From the NCBI RefSeq assembly GCF_009834535.1, contig NC_045697.1, positions 67,954,001-68,018,000 on the forward strand: a stretch of 64,000 nt of DNA. The letters are read 5' to 3'. Position numbers and translations under genes: made by a program. Under the pieces are notes generated by a model. It was not told the DNA's origin. It made no database searches and worked only from the letters and a program-made list of their open reading frames with translations. Position 1 is the first letter of the stretch. Every line of letters begins with the position of its first letter. Of the stretch, positions 12,763-26,599 are shown piece after piece. The stretch comes from Camelus ferus. Taxonomy: Eukaryota.

Positions 12763-14289
12763 GCCACTGAATATAATAAAAGTATGCAATTTCAAGTCTC
12801 CATTTCATCTGTCATAAATTCTCAATAGCAATATACTAGATAATATTGTATTCTGCGCTTGCTTAAAATTTATTGAAGTAAAATATACATTATTTTCCTA
12901 CGACACCAAATGTATTCATTACTACTCACACACAAACTGGTAAAATAAAAACAATGATAAAGTAAATCATTAAAAACATAATTTATTATTTGTATTTACC
13001 ATAATTATTTGATCCTTACCTATGCTACTTAGAAATAATACAAGGAGTAATTGATATATGAGAATACAGATAATTATGTCTCAATTGGAAACAGTTCTGA
13101 TGTTTGAGATATATTTTCCCAAACATTCACTTTTCTATATTGTGGTAGCTCAAAAAACACTTTCAGATAAATATGCTTAAAATATTCTGTTCACTTTACT
13201 GTTTCAACGGTCTAGTTTACATGTGATGATGATTACATCTCATACTGAGTTTCTATCTCACATTGAATCTAATGTACACTTACTAACCTAATTTTGTAGA
13301 AATGATAGTCTTATTTTCCAAACTAAATACCAGACAGAAGAGTCTTATACTTCTTCTGAAAATAGAACCAACTCTTTGAAATCAAATTTGTCCTCCAAAA
13401 TCTGAGACATACAGTTGCTGCCATTCATTAGAGGGAATTTTTACACTAAGAATTCTAAAGTAGTTTAAAGCAACAAATTAGCCAGAATTTGTTAGACATT
13501 GAAAGTGTGTACATGATTTATATAGCTCATTGAATATATTTACTTATTTTCATGATTTTATCTCTGTTCTTAAAGACTAAGCAGATGTGTGTATGTAACG
13601 GATTGCTGTTAATGAAAAATAAGGAACAGTTAAATATGCCACCAAAAATAAACAAAACAAAACCACACAAAATTCTACAGCATAAATATAACTATATAGG
13701 CATATTCCTTTTTTTAACCTTTCCAAAAATACACAGAAATCATATCTACTGTTCCAATTATAGAAAGCATAAATAGAAAGTAAAAAGCAAGACTTGAACA
13801 TAAAAAGGAAGCATAAATAGAAATGAGAATATTGTACTGGGGAAAAAACCAAGAAAAAGAAAAATAAGTTCAAAAGTCATGATAGACATTGCAATATCTA
13901 ACACAGCCAGCATTAAGGAGCCTATATTCTGGAGAAATATTGTAAATCCACATACAACCAACAATGTATTTTAATATGATGAAATATTATATTCTGTCTT
14001 GGTGAATAGATGGTTAGAAAACATTTCCAATTGCTGGTGAGAACAGGTCAAATTTACAAAATAGTGAGTTCAATTCAATGACTGAAGAAAGGAAGGCATA
14101 GATTCTTCCCCAGACAAAATAGCAATAGCCATGGTTGACAATATGCCTGTGCAAAATTATCTAGTAGGAGTACAAGGAACTTCAGCTTTCTTAGGGCAGC
14201 AGCCATATCTGTTTAATTTGACATTTATCATTAACTAACAGAAGAATGTCTCTTATATTAAAGATAGTAAATAGAATTTATATTCTAAT

Positions 14290-14436
14290 ATATTATATTA
14301 CTTGTTTGTATGGTTTAGTGAGCATCTGTACAACCAAAAGTTAAGCTTCATAAGAAAAGATATTTCTTTCTCTTTCGCTCATCACTGTATCTGGTACATA
14401 GTAGGTTCATAATAAATATTGATGGATTGAATAAAT
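14290..14436 (+). mobile_element. L2 3' end
   Basis: aagcttcataagaaaag...ctcatcactgtatctggtacatagtaggttcataataaatattgatggattgaataaat. Confidence 0.65.
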
Positions 14437-15449
14437 TCAGCACAAAAGTTAAGGAAATTTTAATTGACAATCTTCAACTCATAGATATGTTGATACATTG
14501 TTTATTTCCTTCAAGATTTTTTTGTGCTCCATGAGCATAAAACCCAAAGAAATCTTGATTTTAAAAAACCTATCTTATTTCCCTTAGGTAAATATATTTT
14601 AATACATTGTGAAGAATGTTAAACACTACAGACAGAGTAAGTTCTGAATATATGGAAGAACTTCTAAAATAAACTAAATAAAATATAAAGAATTTACAAA
14701 TTTATTCTCATATTGGCTTTAAAATTATCTGTATGCTTTTCTCTGTACTAGGAGTACTGAATTAAGGGAACAGTTGGTATAAACCCAGTCAGTGACTTCT
14801 AGGATTTAGTTCTCCACTCCTGACTTGAACAGATTCTAGGTAATGTATAGGCTGTATAACTTGTCAGGAGGAAGCAATCTTGAAGTTCTTTAAAGTACAA
14901 AGGAATAATTGGTATTTTTACTCTGACTATTCTTTCTGTCAGCACTGCCATCACACAGTTTATATATAATTAGAAATTTAAGCAATAATTATATTGTCAC
15001 ACATACATTTGTAACCAGAAAAAAATGATAGTGATCTAAATTAATTCCACAAAATAGCATTTTTAATTTTCCCAATTTTTAAAATTATGTCAAACATGTT
15101 AGCATTTATATAACAAGACATTTATAACAAGTGGTTAAATTTATGATAATACAATGAAACAAATGAAATATTTCTTAAATAGAATTTTAGAAATTAACTG
15201 ATAAACAGTAATATGCATAGTTAAAATAAAAGTACTAATAAAAATGTTTAAAACTATTAATAAAATAGTGGTTTTAATCTATTAAAATAAAAGATAAAAC
15301 TAAGTGACGGGTGCACTATTGACTGATGCAAGAATTGACATACAAAATATAACTAGTGGTACTTTGCCTATGTCTACCTAAAAATGGTAACTGGTTTGTG
15401 AGAAAAGGGAGAAAACTAGCACAATAACTGGACACATTAAGAAAAGTTA

Positions 15450-16145
15450 CTAGGAATTCCACTTCCACCATGATGCAGTAATAGGAATCTGATTTACCAT
15501 CTTGCTTTAAAAAAAATTAGGCAACTGCACAAAATACATGAAATAAGTTGTCGGCCATTGGGCTAGAACTAACCCAAGAAAGTAACGTGTGAGAAAAATA
15601 AATAGACAAGGTGGATGCTGGGGTTTCTTCAGGGTGAAGCCACAGTGCAGAGATGGACAATCCAGAGGTCTGGATTATTTGAAGAGACAAAGTGGAGTGT
15701 TTGGGGAATGAAAAGGGGTTAAGATTTGTGGGACATAATGCTAGAGAGATTTCTGGAGTTTTATGAAGAGCTCTTCTCAAATTTTAGCAAAAGAAGAAAA
15801 AAAAAATAGTGAATTTAAGAACCAGTAACAGAATCTACTCCAGATAAAGCACACAGTGAAAGACGACTGAACAAAGTGAAGAGAGCATCAGTGAGCTTTG
15901 GGGCAGTATCAAATGGAATAATGTAAGTGCAGCCGGGTACCCAAAGAGAAGAGAAAGAAGTGGTGCCCAAAGAGCATGAAACATAAAAGAAAAAAATGTT
16001 AAATTAGACTTTACCAACACTTAAAAATCTGCTCTGTGAAAGACACTCTTGTGAGAATGAAAAGACAAGCCACAGGTTGTGAGACAATATGTTTGAATTT
16101 TATATATAAAATAAAGAACTTTTATCCAAAATATATAAAAAGATG
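15450..16145 (+). mobile_element. Fragmented old L1M (5' UTR, ORF1 and ORF2 pieces)
   Basis: acttccaccatgatgcagtaatagg (L1M 5' end-like); gagagcatcagtgagctttggggcagtatcaaatgg (ORF1-like); tctgctctgtgaaagacactc...gagaatgaaaagacaagccacag (ORF2-like). Confidence 0.65.
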
Positions 16146-16554
16146 AAGACTTAAGTATGAATCAGCATGTTTAGAAATCAAAAGAAGCTAATTAGGCGAG
16201 GTGGTCACCTAACATTACATGTTTAATAGCTGTGCTGATTTGTGACAGAGCTATATTCTAGGCTGAGCCAGTCCTCCTCTTCCACATCTCAGGAAGATGC
16301 TCCTCTTTCCTCTCTCTCCTTTCTAGGAAAGAGCCCTTTGTTCCTGGCAGGGAACAAAGGTACCCTCAAGCTCTGTAGGTCAGTCCTGCTGGATACCACA
16401 AAATGCCACTGCCCGGCTATCCCTGTCTCCTTTCCGTGTAATGGGTCTTGAGAAGGTAGACTGCCTAATTAACCCCGTACCCCAGCCCTTCCTCCTCCTT
16501 TCTTATGGCCAGTGATTCCCAAACCAACACTTGTGGAAGTAAATGAAGAACAGA

Positions 16555-16845
16555 GTTTGCTAATAACTTGCATTTAAGGGGAATCAGTCACCATCACTTG
16601 TATTTGGCAGAAACTTAAAAAAGAGTGAAGTGGGAGAGCCCTGTAGTAAAAAGAAGGAAGTCTTCCATTATGTTCTGATTGCATGGGAAAACGGGGAATC
16701 ACATGTGATTGGTTTGAAATACATTTGCTTCTCTCTGGTTGGTGTTGAGCTGGAACTGGGGGCCACAGATAGGAAAGCTGGCATTCATTAAGTCCTGAGC
16801 TGACTGCTCCAGAGGTGGAGTAAGTGGTCTATTGTTATAGATGCT
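16555..16845. mobile_element. LTR78-like ancient ERV1 LTR fragment
   Basis: ggaatcagtcaccatcacttgtatttggcagaaact...gtgggagagccctgtagtaaaaagaaggaag...ctgattg...ctctctggttggtgttgagctggaa. Confidence 0.55.
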
Positions 16846-18831
16846 CTAAATACCATGCTTTTTGTACATTCAATCTCTCACACTGAAGAGTTTTCACTTT
16901 TGGACAACTCCTTGGAAACTCAGAGTGATTTCCTTAAAGTTTTGTAACCAGATGGTTAGTCAATTAAAAAAATTACTGTATTGCAACCTAACAACTGCCT
17001 TGGAGTATATGTATAACTTACTGAATAACAGACAGAGAAAAAAGGCAGGGTGTGGATGTATTGATAATTATCTGTGGGGATATAATTTATATTTTCTTTT
17101 TGAGGAATCTCCTTAATATGCTTATGTTTTTAAGTTTAAAATTCATTTTAATTTGTTTTAGTAAGGCAGAAATAACTAACCTGAGACAAAAATATAGTTT
17201 CATTTGTGTGAGAAGAGTGGAGCACCTTTTAACATAATGTATATCAAAATATCTAGAGTGCTGACATAGAAATTCTAGATATTCTATTCTAGATTGGAAA
17301 GTTAAAAAAGAAAAAAGTAGAAGTATATGCATAAATATTATGAACAAAGTATGATTACAGACTTCCTTCCTATGCCGCAGGACATACAATATAGTCCATT
17401 TTTACTCTCTAATGAAAACTGGCATTTTTAATCACCAACTTATTGTTATATTATTTTAAATAAAATACACTACCAGCAACTAGAAATATGTAAGTCACCA
17501 ATGACTTAAATTTCTATACATTTCTCTTTAAAGATAAAACAAGGCAACTCAAAATAAATATGTGTTTGTGTTCATGTGTGTGTTTCCTCTTTGATCATAA
17601 TGTGAAAGACTTCATTTTAAATCTCCATGAAATAGACAATGGAAGAATGACATGAGTTCTCATTTTTCAGACTTTTGCATAAAAGCCTTAAAATTCATTG
17701 ACAGTAGCAGTATCTTTCATTTCCCCAATTTAAAAGCAAAGTGCCATTTCTCAGTAAACATGCCTTTAGAGAACTCATATGTCTAAGTATATTTGATAGA
17801 TAAATGAATAACATCAAAACTAATGCTCTGCTTAATGGATGTACAACTTTTCCAGCATCCATTTATTTGTGTGTGAATGCACCGTAAGTGTAGATGGTCT
17901 TCTAGCCAATTATACTTCAGCTGAGCATGACATGAGGAGTACACAAAAAAGCAGCCTCCTTGAGGAAGCAGTAATGGAGAACAACAGGACAGATAATCAT
18001 GAGGGATTAGAACATGGCCTCATAAATCTGCAGAGATGCTGACAAGATTTCAGCTTTGAGAATGACAAACCTTTCCTTCTACTCCTGCTGTGGAGTGAAA
18101 GATACTAGGCTAATGGGCTCATTCTCCAAAGCCATCATCCAACCAAGGCATAATTTTCAAAAGAAATATTTCTATGTTGTTTTATATTCACAAAATAATA
18201 GTGTTTGATCTTAGTCCAAACTATTCTCATGGGATTTGAATAAACTCTAAAATAAAAATTGTTGCTAATAATTTACAAAACTCGTTTATACTACACTGGA
18301 AATTTATAACACTGTTTATAAAAATTTAGCCACAATTAGGCTAATTCCTCAGTTCAGGGAGAACTTATTGATATACCTGTAGTCCAATGAACACATGCAA
18401 CTCACTGGATTTGTGTTCAGAATAAACCTACTTTTATTCAATTGCAAACAGTTAAAAATCTATTCTTGAGTCTGAGTTTCTGAAGGGAGGAAAATATGAG
18501 AAGGAACCAATATTTTCTAGACTGCTATTAATTCATGCATTTTACCTGGTTAATTCATACTATCGTAATGATGACTAGCCAATCACAGAGCCAGTTTGAT
18601 CAGAGGTATATTAAATGAATGTGGGTAAAAGAAACAGAGTCAAATAATTAAATATTGACTTTTCATAGTATTCTCGGATTCCATACTCTGCCTTTTGAAA
18701 GTGTATTAAGCAAAATTAAGGCATTAAAAATTTATTTAATTGTAACACTTTAACTGAACAACAGATTTCAAACTTTTATTTAACTGAAAACATTGTGTCC
18801 AGTCACAAATTATTTATGAAGAATTGATCAT

Positions 18832-19053
18832 AAAGCCTATAGAGACAGAAAGTAGATCTGTCGTGATACAGGGCTTGGGACAGGATAGGGAGTAACTATA
18901 CAGGGGGCACAAGGTTTCTCTTTTGCAGTGATGGAAATGCTTAAAAATAGATTTTGGTGATGTTTGCACAAAGCTGTTAATGTACTAAAAATCACTGAAC
19001 TTTACACTTAAATGAATCAATTATATCTTAATGAAGCTGTTAATAAAAAAAAA
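18832..19053 (+). mobile_element. L1MB-like 3' end
   Basis: tatagagacagaaagtagat...gtgatggaaatg...gtgatgtttgcacaa...aaaatcactgaactttacacttaaa...A tail. Confidence 0.8.
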
Positions 19054-20149
19054 CCAAACAGCATTTTAACAAAGACATCCTGTAAAGGGCTTTGTTGCCA
19101 TTGAGTTCTTCTAATAGCATGTATTACTTTTCAATCTCACGCCTGGTAGATGGTTTTTGTGAATCTACAGGGATTGACAGGTTAATATAAAAGGGATTTT
19201 AAATGAGAACCCCTATTCAGTACACTTGAAGAACAGTTAACACATCTCTTCAATTTTCAAAAGGTATTGAAAAAGTTTTGGATGATCTGGTACTGAATAA
19301 TGATGCCAAAGTATGGAGGTTTTGTAAGTCTTCATGCTAATTCAAACTCTAGCCAGTGCTGAGAAGCATTGATTCTGCATATTCTGTGATATATAGAAGT
19401 ATACTATATACCAGTATTCTGTGGTATATATAATATTCTATTGTACACTATATGCCATATTCTGTGGCATATTACATTCTGTTGTATATAAAAGTATACT
19501 GCATTTGCAAACAACTGAAAGCATCTGAGCCCAAGGTTTATTAGCATATAATTCAACTCTTAATATGTAATTTAAATAAAAATAAGTTACCATAATTTAA
19601 CATTTCAAAAGTTTTATAAAAATTTGTAAACAGCTGATATTACAGGAGAAAGCCGTATTGACTATTTCAATTAAAGTCGCAGAGTGAAGTTTAAAAAGCT
19701 GATTAGTAATCCTCATCTTAAAGTAAATAGACTATTTAGAAATGTGTAGAATTCTCAATGTATAGTGAAAGTATTATTTTTCCCCTTAGCTGTGTTATGT
19801 TTCACCAAAATAACACACACAGACACACACACACAGAGCTTGTAAAGCCAGTGGTACACAAGGACTTAAAAAGGAAAGCAACACTCCCATTTGCCCCTCT
19901 GCTCCTGGCTCCACACACACAACTTTTTTTAAAACAATTATCTGTAACTATTACTGAGTTGCTTACTTTCACAACTCTCCATGATATGCTTATGACATTA
20001 TATTAACTGTGGATATTGTCTGTTGACTTTTGCCATGATACGTGAGGATTTAGCATTTCAAGACTGTGGTAACAGTGTCTCTGTTCATGTTCACCCTTGT
20101 TTTCACTGTCATTCACTATCATTTTAAAATAAGATTTTGGAAGAAGGAA

Positions 20150-20570
20150 AAAAATTACACATTCTCAGTCCATCTGACTGAGATAAAATCTTAAGTACAA
20201 GTGTCTCTTTCAGAAAGACTTCTTCATTTCATCAAGCCCTCTATTTAATGTGCCTTCTCTCTGCTCTGATTCACCACTTATTGATGTCCAAGAGGAGTTC
20301 TTCAGTTATGGTTTATACTAGTCTCCCTTTCACGTCTCCACATACCCAACCATAAATCTTAGACATTTTTCCTCCTTTAAGTCTTTTAAGTTTTTCCTTT
20401 TTTGGTTTATGTATCTTACCTATCTAGTTCACATCTGTGTAATCTTACTATAACAATAAATAAATTAGACCTAACTTACCCCCAGACAGTTTTAATAATG
20501 CCTGGCAAAAATATGATATCATAAGTAGATACTTCACAAGATATTATTCACTGACTGAATTCAATTAAAT
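20150..20570 (+). mobile_element. Decayed L2 3' region
   Basis: Pyrimidine-rich L2-like stretch ending aataatgcctggcaaaaa...tattattcactgactgaat. Confidence 0.4.
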
Positions 20571-22748
20571 AAACACCTGAAATCAAACAAGTGTGAAACT
20601 ACAGAAATAACATTTATCAAGAAATCAGATTGATCCTGCATCCATTATCCTTAAAATGGATGTAGGTCTTATAATATATAATTCTAATTTTTCAGTACAG
20701 CACTAAATGTCTATATTTATCCTATTTTGTTCATTGTGGTGATATGTCCCCTTCACCTTAGAAAGTGGATGGGCTTTCACTGTGCCGTATTCTGTACTAG
20801 TCACTTCCCAGTATATTCAAATGCATTAGAATAATTCAGGAGTAAAGTAAATCACAGCTGTAAAAGTCTTAAGAAACTGTTAGGCTGTATTTAATCCCAC
20901 ACAGCCTTATATGAAACAAACTTTTAGAACTACATCTTCCTTTTCTCATTTAGCATATATAATCAGTTATTGAAACACTTTTATAAGGCCACCAATCAGC
21001 ATTATTTAGTCCATAAATGGAGATGGGAAGAAAGAAAAAAAGTAGTACTCAGAAAAAGTGGGCAGATTATTTGTGAAACTGCATCCCTCCCTCTGTTACA
21101 TTTGCATACAAATTGATCTGGAAATCCATCAGCTGACTCCATTAATGAGGTCAAGAACAACATGCAGACTTAATCAAACGTTGCTATGGTGTTTGCTGGT
21201 TAACTGTCTCTGGGGATGAAAATTCCAAAATATGAAATATTACTTTCTATCACATTTCCTTTCTTTCTGGAATAACTTCTACCCTATAAGATCATAATTA
21301 AATTTCGTTTAGAAGTTCCCTCACTTTTCATTTTTACTCCAAAACTATTGATGTGTGTCATACTTGTCACTTTAATTGAACTTTGAGGCATAACTGACAT
21401 GTAGTGGAATTTGGAATGACAGTATAACATGAATGCATTATTTCAGAAATTTGAGCAAAATATCTGAGCATTTGAACTGAAATTCTTGCTAAGGAAATAG
21501 AGAGGAAATGTGAATGCATTAATTTCTTTTCTCACTTTTTCATCTTTTTCTATGAATTTGTGTCACAGATATTCTTTATTTGAAGACACTGTCAAATCAT
21601 ATTCTGTAATATGACAATTAATAAAAAATCATATTCTACAATTTTCTTATTAGGTAACATTTTAAAATATTGCCTTATGTAGTTCAACAGTATTTAAGTG
21701 ACTTAGCACACATATTTACATAATGAGCAATGCTGTTCAGTGAACTTAAAAAGCTTTGGTAAAGATGACCCCATACTGTGCCTATTAGCTTTTTCTTTCT
21801 GACCCTAACACTTCTCTGTCAATGTTGTGGAGGCTTTTTGCCATAAATTTTGATAATGAAACTTGCTACACTTTCTAACAAGGTTTCATTCTATGGATAA
21901 TAAGGTGAATATGTGATAAAATGTAATTTGTTCTTAGCAATCCTGACTATTCTTTAAGCAAGGTGCTACTGTTGAATAAGATATGGAAGACTAGATAAAT
22001 GCATCCTTGGTCCATTTTTTAATATTTCTGCTCTCTCCATACTCAGCTGCGACTTTATCTTACTTTGTAAATATAAGATTTATTTATTAAATTTTCAGTA
22101 AGCAGAAGAATATGATCTGAACCTGGTTTTCCAGAAATACTAAATACTATGAATACTTATAAATATTAAAATTCATTTTTAAAAATTTTCTTAATTTTAT
22201 ATACATTCAAATTATGTTTCTAAACTTGAATCAGTAGCCAGAGACACCACTTTATCTCTCCATTAGTTTCCTGTTTCTCCCAAACTTCTTCTGATTGAGT
22301 TACTGAAGGAGAAGAAAGTGTCACATTATTTGTAATCATGATTCTATTAGAAGTACTTGAAATTCATTTGTAAGAGACTAATAGTAACAGTGATGAAGAT
22401 ATCAATGTGCTTTACAAACATCTGTGTTTTCCATTCAGTACTCTCTAAAGTATTTATTTAATTAAACTTCTCAAAGCTAGAACTGCACTGAGAAATTTTT
22501 TTTGGTCTATTTCACATATAATTACTAGAAAATAAAATATTTGTTGATGTGATAAGAGTTCCAGTTGGAGGTTATATGAAATCATGTGTTACTAATATAC
22601 GAACAAATAACAGAAAAAAAAATAGGCCCCTGTATGGGGCTATCCTGTGTAATAGCTGTATTACAATTAATGGACATGAATTGCCCATTAAATATCAATC
22701 TGTGGCAGACATTATTACTCCACATTACAATATCCTCATTCTCAGAAG

Positions 22749-23326
22749 TGTAACAGAATATGCCACCCCACAATATAACTGTGGGAGTTCAGAGCATGCC
22801 TCCCTAAAAGATGCTGTTTTAGTTACATTGATTATTTTGAACTGTAGGCACTTGCGATCAGCAGAGGCAGGCAGAGGCTTTCTCTGAACTTTCCTTATCT
22901 GTCTAAAGACACACTCCAAGAGGAATTCAGTAGCCATAAATCCCCTTCCTACGAGTTTCATCAACCAGGGCATATTGACTCTTATCACAGAAGAGGAAGC
23001 TAGAAGTTGACATTACAACTCAACAAACTGTCACTAGCTATCATATCTCCCATCTGTTCCTCTAGGGGCCCATTCATCTTTCCTGAAAATCATTTACTCT
23101 TTGCTAAGAGGCACACATACCCTCTTCCCATTCCCTATTAAGATGGTATGTAAGTCTAAATTTAATCCTCTGCAGGAGGTTACTCATTTTTCCCTGGTTA
23201 TCGCCAAAGTATAAATGAGGTATGCATGTTAATAAACTTGCTTTTCTTGTTAATCAATCTTTTGTTATGGGAGTTTCAGCTAAGAACTCAGAAATATAGA
23301 GAGAAATTTATTTTTCCTCCCCTATA
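22749..23326 (+). mobile_element. MER34-family ERV1 solo LTR
   Basis: TGtaacagaatatgccaccccacaatat...gattattttgaactgtaggcacttg...aataaacttgcttttcttgttaatc...tttttcctcccctata; MER34-type start and end. Confidence 0.8.
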
Positions 23327-23404
23327 CCTCCTTCAGTGTGAATTTAACTATTATGAAGAAAAGACAAACCACAGTCTGGTTATATGCTCAAAGATTGATA
23401 AAGC

Positions 23405-23526
23405 ACAGCCATGGCTGCAAGACTGAACGGACAGCTATATGAATGGTATTCAGTACTGTTGCCTATGGGAATGGTGCCTACTGAGGCTGTGCAGTGCACA
23501 ACAGGCACAACCATATGTGGCAGCCC
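23405..23526. mobile_element. MER91-like hAT-Tip100 MITE
   Basis: ggtgcc...tgtgcagtgcacaacaggcacaaccatatgtggcagccc matches the MER91 terminus. Confidence 0.6.
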
Positions 23527-23559
23527 AAAGCATGATGACATTATCTATCTGGGGAGAAT

Positions 23560-24010
23560 TTTACAGTTAGCCTTTCGGGATCATTCTCTGCCTTAAGATT
23601 TTGCTCCAGGAGGCTGACATTGATGAATGTCATTTTCAGAATCTCATGCTTTTTAGCTTCTGAAGAAGGGCACTAGCAGCTGTCTGGAGTATCATGGTAG
23701 AGAAAAGTTAAGGTGCTCATTTTTCCTATCTCTCTTTCTGTTGGGATGCTGTTTTATCAGTCATTCTGTTGTCCTTTCTGTTGGCACAGCTAGAATTGCG
23801 TAGTCCAATTCTCTGGGATCTGGTAACACTCCTTCTTTGCCTTGACCCTTCAAGCCTAGGAGTATTAATACTTCCATTGTTATAAGCCTTTGGGTGCTTT
23901 AAGATCTCTTCTTGGTTCCATTAAGCCTCTTATCACTTCTGTCAATAGTCCTTTTTTTCTATATTCTTCACTAAACATTTTGAGTGTGCTATTCCCTGAT
24001 CTGACCTAGA
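23560..24010 (+). mobile_element. LTR33-like ERVL LTR
   Basis: ctccaggaggctgac...ggatctggtaacactccttctttgccttgacccttcaagcctaggag...aatagtcc...ttttgagtgtgctattccctg. Confidence 0.65.
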
Positions 24011-25174
24011 TTTTTATACATTATTTTAAATCAGTATCTTGGAGAAATAATTTATAGAGACATTTCTCTAAATGAAAAGAGAGGAATTTCATAATATATT
24101 GTAGAGGCTTGAAAACAGGATGCTACTTTTAAAAATAAACAGACTGTGCTGCAATGGTGGCACACTCCAACATGATATATTTAATAAGGAATGAATAAGG
24201 AGACACATCCTGTTGAAAATGAGCACAAAAAGCAGTGAACTGACACATAAGCCTTTGTTCTAAAAGAGACTCGAAGATTATGAAACCAGATGCCCACCTG
24301 CTATGCTCCGAAGCCACGGAATGTGCACTGGCTTAGTCATCTCATTCAGCTACGCAGACAATTTCCCATTCCCTTTCAGCTCTATGTTCACTAAAAACAG
24401 AAAGCAGAATTGCCAAGAATACAGGCAAAATTGGTGGTCATTTACTGGATACCTCTGGCTCAGTGAAATGAAATGCGTGCTAGTGGGATGAGGAGAAGGC
24501 ACACTGCGATGTTTGCTGAAGACCAGGCTTCACACAGACCGGTAAATTCGGATGCCCGCTTCTCACCACACAGGGTATTCTTTAGTGTACAGACATACTG
24601 GGTTCTATAAATTCAGCATTTTGTGGCAAAAGTGATATTTAAAGATGCTACACATAACTATAATTTCCATTTCTGTATAGGACAATGTTTGAAAAAGTCA
24701 TACAAGCACAGTCATTTCTAACCGACACGGAATATTCTTTCATTTGCAGTTGCTCACCAACTGAGGAGTTGGATTAGGTTTGCTCATCTTCATTTCATAG
24801 CTTCTCTGCTGCCAGCACCTAAGGCTCCGACCATTCCTTACTTCTGTACTCAGGCTACTTCTGCCGGCAACCCAAACCTGCAGCAGCTGTCTGTCGGAAA
24901 ACCTGTGACTAGCTTACTTGGCTCACCAAAAAGAAACCCCTGCTGCCTTCCTTTCTGTCAACACAACCAGCCCAACTCTGCTTCAGTATTGATAGGCTGC
25001 TATTCAGTCCACACTCTGGCTGCTTAAAGATAAGTTCCATAAACATGCTGCTCTCATCACTGCCCCATTGCTCTGTCTAATCTTTCCAGTGTCAGCTTAG
25101 CAGTCACTACTCTGAGAAATCTTCCTTGAACTTTTCAGAACTGGTTAAGAGTCTCCCTCCCTCCCTCTCTCTCT

Positions 25175-25425
25175 ATTTTTATTAAGGTATAATTGACATA
25201 CAACATTATATTAGTTTCAGGTGGACAACATAATGCTTTGATATTTGTATACATTGTGAAATGATTGTCCAGTAAGTTTGGTTAACACCTGTCACCTTAC
25301 CTGTCACCTTACATAGTTACACATTTTTTTTCTTGGGATGAGGAATTTTAAGATCTATTCTCTCAGCAACTTTCAAATATGCAACACAGTATTTAACTAT
25401 AGTCACAATGCTGTACATTACATAC
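25175..25425 (-). mobile_element. L1MA9-like 3' end (antisense)
   Basis: tttttattaaggtataattgacatacaacattatattagtttcaggt...aagatctattctctcagcaactttcaaatatgcaacacagt. Confidence 0.85.
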
Positions 25426-25869
25426 TCTCTGTCTTTTACATATGCACCCTCTCCCTCCACACACACATGAACACAAATACGCCTCTGAGCCCCATCAGGC
25501 CTGACCTATGGGGTAGGGTTAGAGTCTCCAAAAGCAACCTGCCACAGTTCTTCTATCATATTAAATCATATCACATTATCACATAAACGCTAATTGTCCT
25601 TCACTCTAGTACAATTGCAAGTTCCCTGAACTCAGTACCCTGCTAACTTCCTTGCATTTTAATCCCCAATGGCTTCTCAACTTATATATTTATTTAACCT
25701 GAAATCTGAATCTCAGAGGAAAATAAGTTAAAGTTTTTTTTAAACAGTGAAAGAGTAATTTCCCTTTCAATCAGAAATAGCGAAACTTTTAATTGTTTGG
25801 TGGAAAGAACCCTTTTATCTTCTCAGTACAGTTTTACTCACATTAATATCATAGCTAACGATACTCACA

Positions 25870-26030
25870 ATACAATGAGCATAATGTAAAGATTGGACTA
25901 AAACTCCAAAGATCTAAGACCTGGACTTTCTACATTTTTAATCCTAATTAGTTGACTGTATGACCCTCTGATTCTCTTTAATTCTACTGGACTTGCATCT
26001 TCCCAACTGAAGATTGAGTAGGGGTGAGCA
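25870..26030 (+). mobile_element. MIR SINE (decayed)
   Basis: gattggactaaaactccaaagatct...ttgactgtatgaccc...tggacttgcatcttccc. Confidence 0.4.
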
Positions 26031-26053
26031 AGACTAGTGGTTATTACTGGTGC

Positions 26054-26562
26054 TGCATTAGTTTCCTGAGAATACTAACAAATTACCAAAAACTTGGTGC
26101 CTTAGAAGAACAGAAAAGCATTTTTGTATAATTCTTAAGGCCAGAATTCCTCAGTGAGTTTCACTGGGCCAAAGTCAAGGTATCAGCAGGACCTCACTCC
26201 ATCTGGAGGCTCTAGGGGAGAATCTATTCCTTGGGTCTTCCAGCTGCCAGTGGGTGCCAGCCTTCCTTGACTTTTGGCTGCATGACTCCAATCTTCAAGA
26301 CCAGCATCTTTAAATTTCTCTCTGCTACATCTTCACGTCACCTTATCCTCTGTGAGTCAAATCTCCCTCTGCCTCTCTCTTATAAAGATACATGTGATAT
26401 ATTTAGGGTCCACTTGCATACTCCAGGATAATCTCCCCATCTCAAGATCCTTAACTGAATCATAACTGCAAAGAACCTTTTCCCAAATAAGGTAACTTTT
26501 ACAAGTTTCAGGGATTTGGACCTGGTATCATTGGAGGTGGGGGCGTTTTGTAGCCTGTCCTA
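26054..26562 (-). mobile_element. MLT1D-like MaLR solo LTR
   Basis: tgcattagtttcctg...acaaattaccaaaaacttggtgcctta...ctggaggctctaggggagaatct...ggataatctccccatctcaagatccttaac. Confidence 0.85.
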
Positions 26563-26599
26563 GTAGGATTATTTGTTGTTGTTGCCACTGCTGCTGCTA

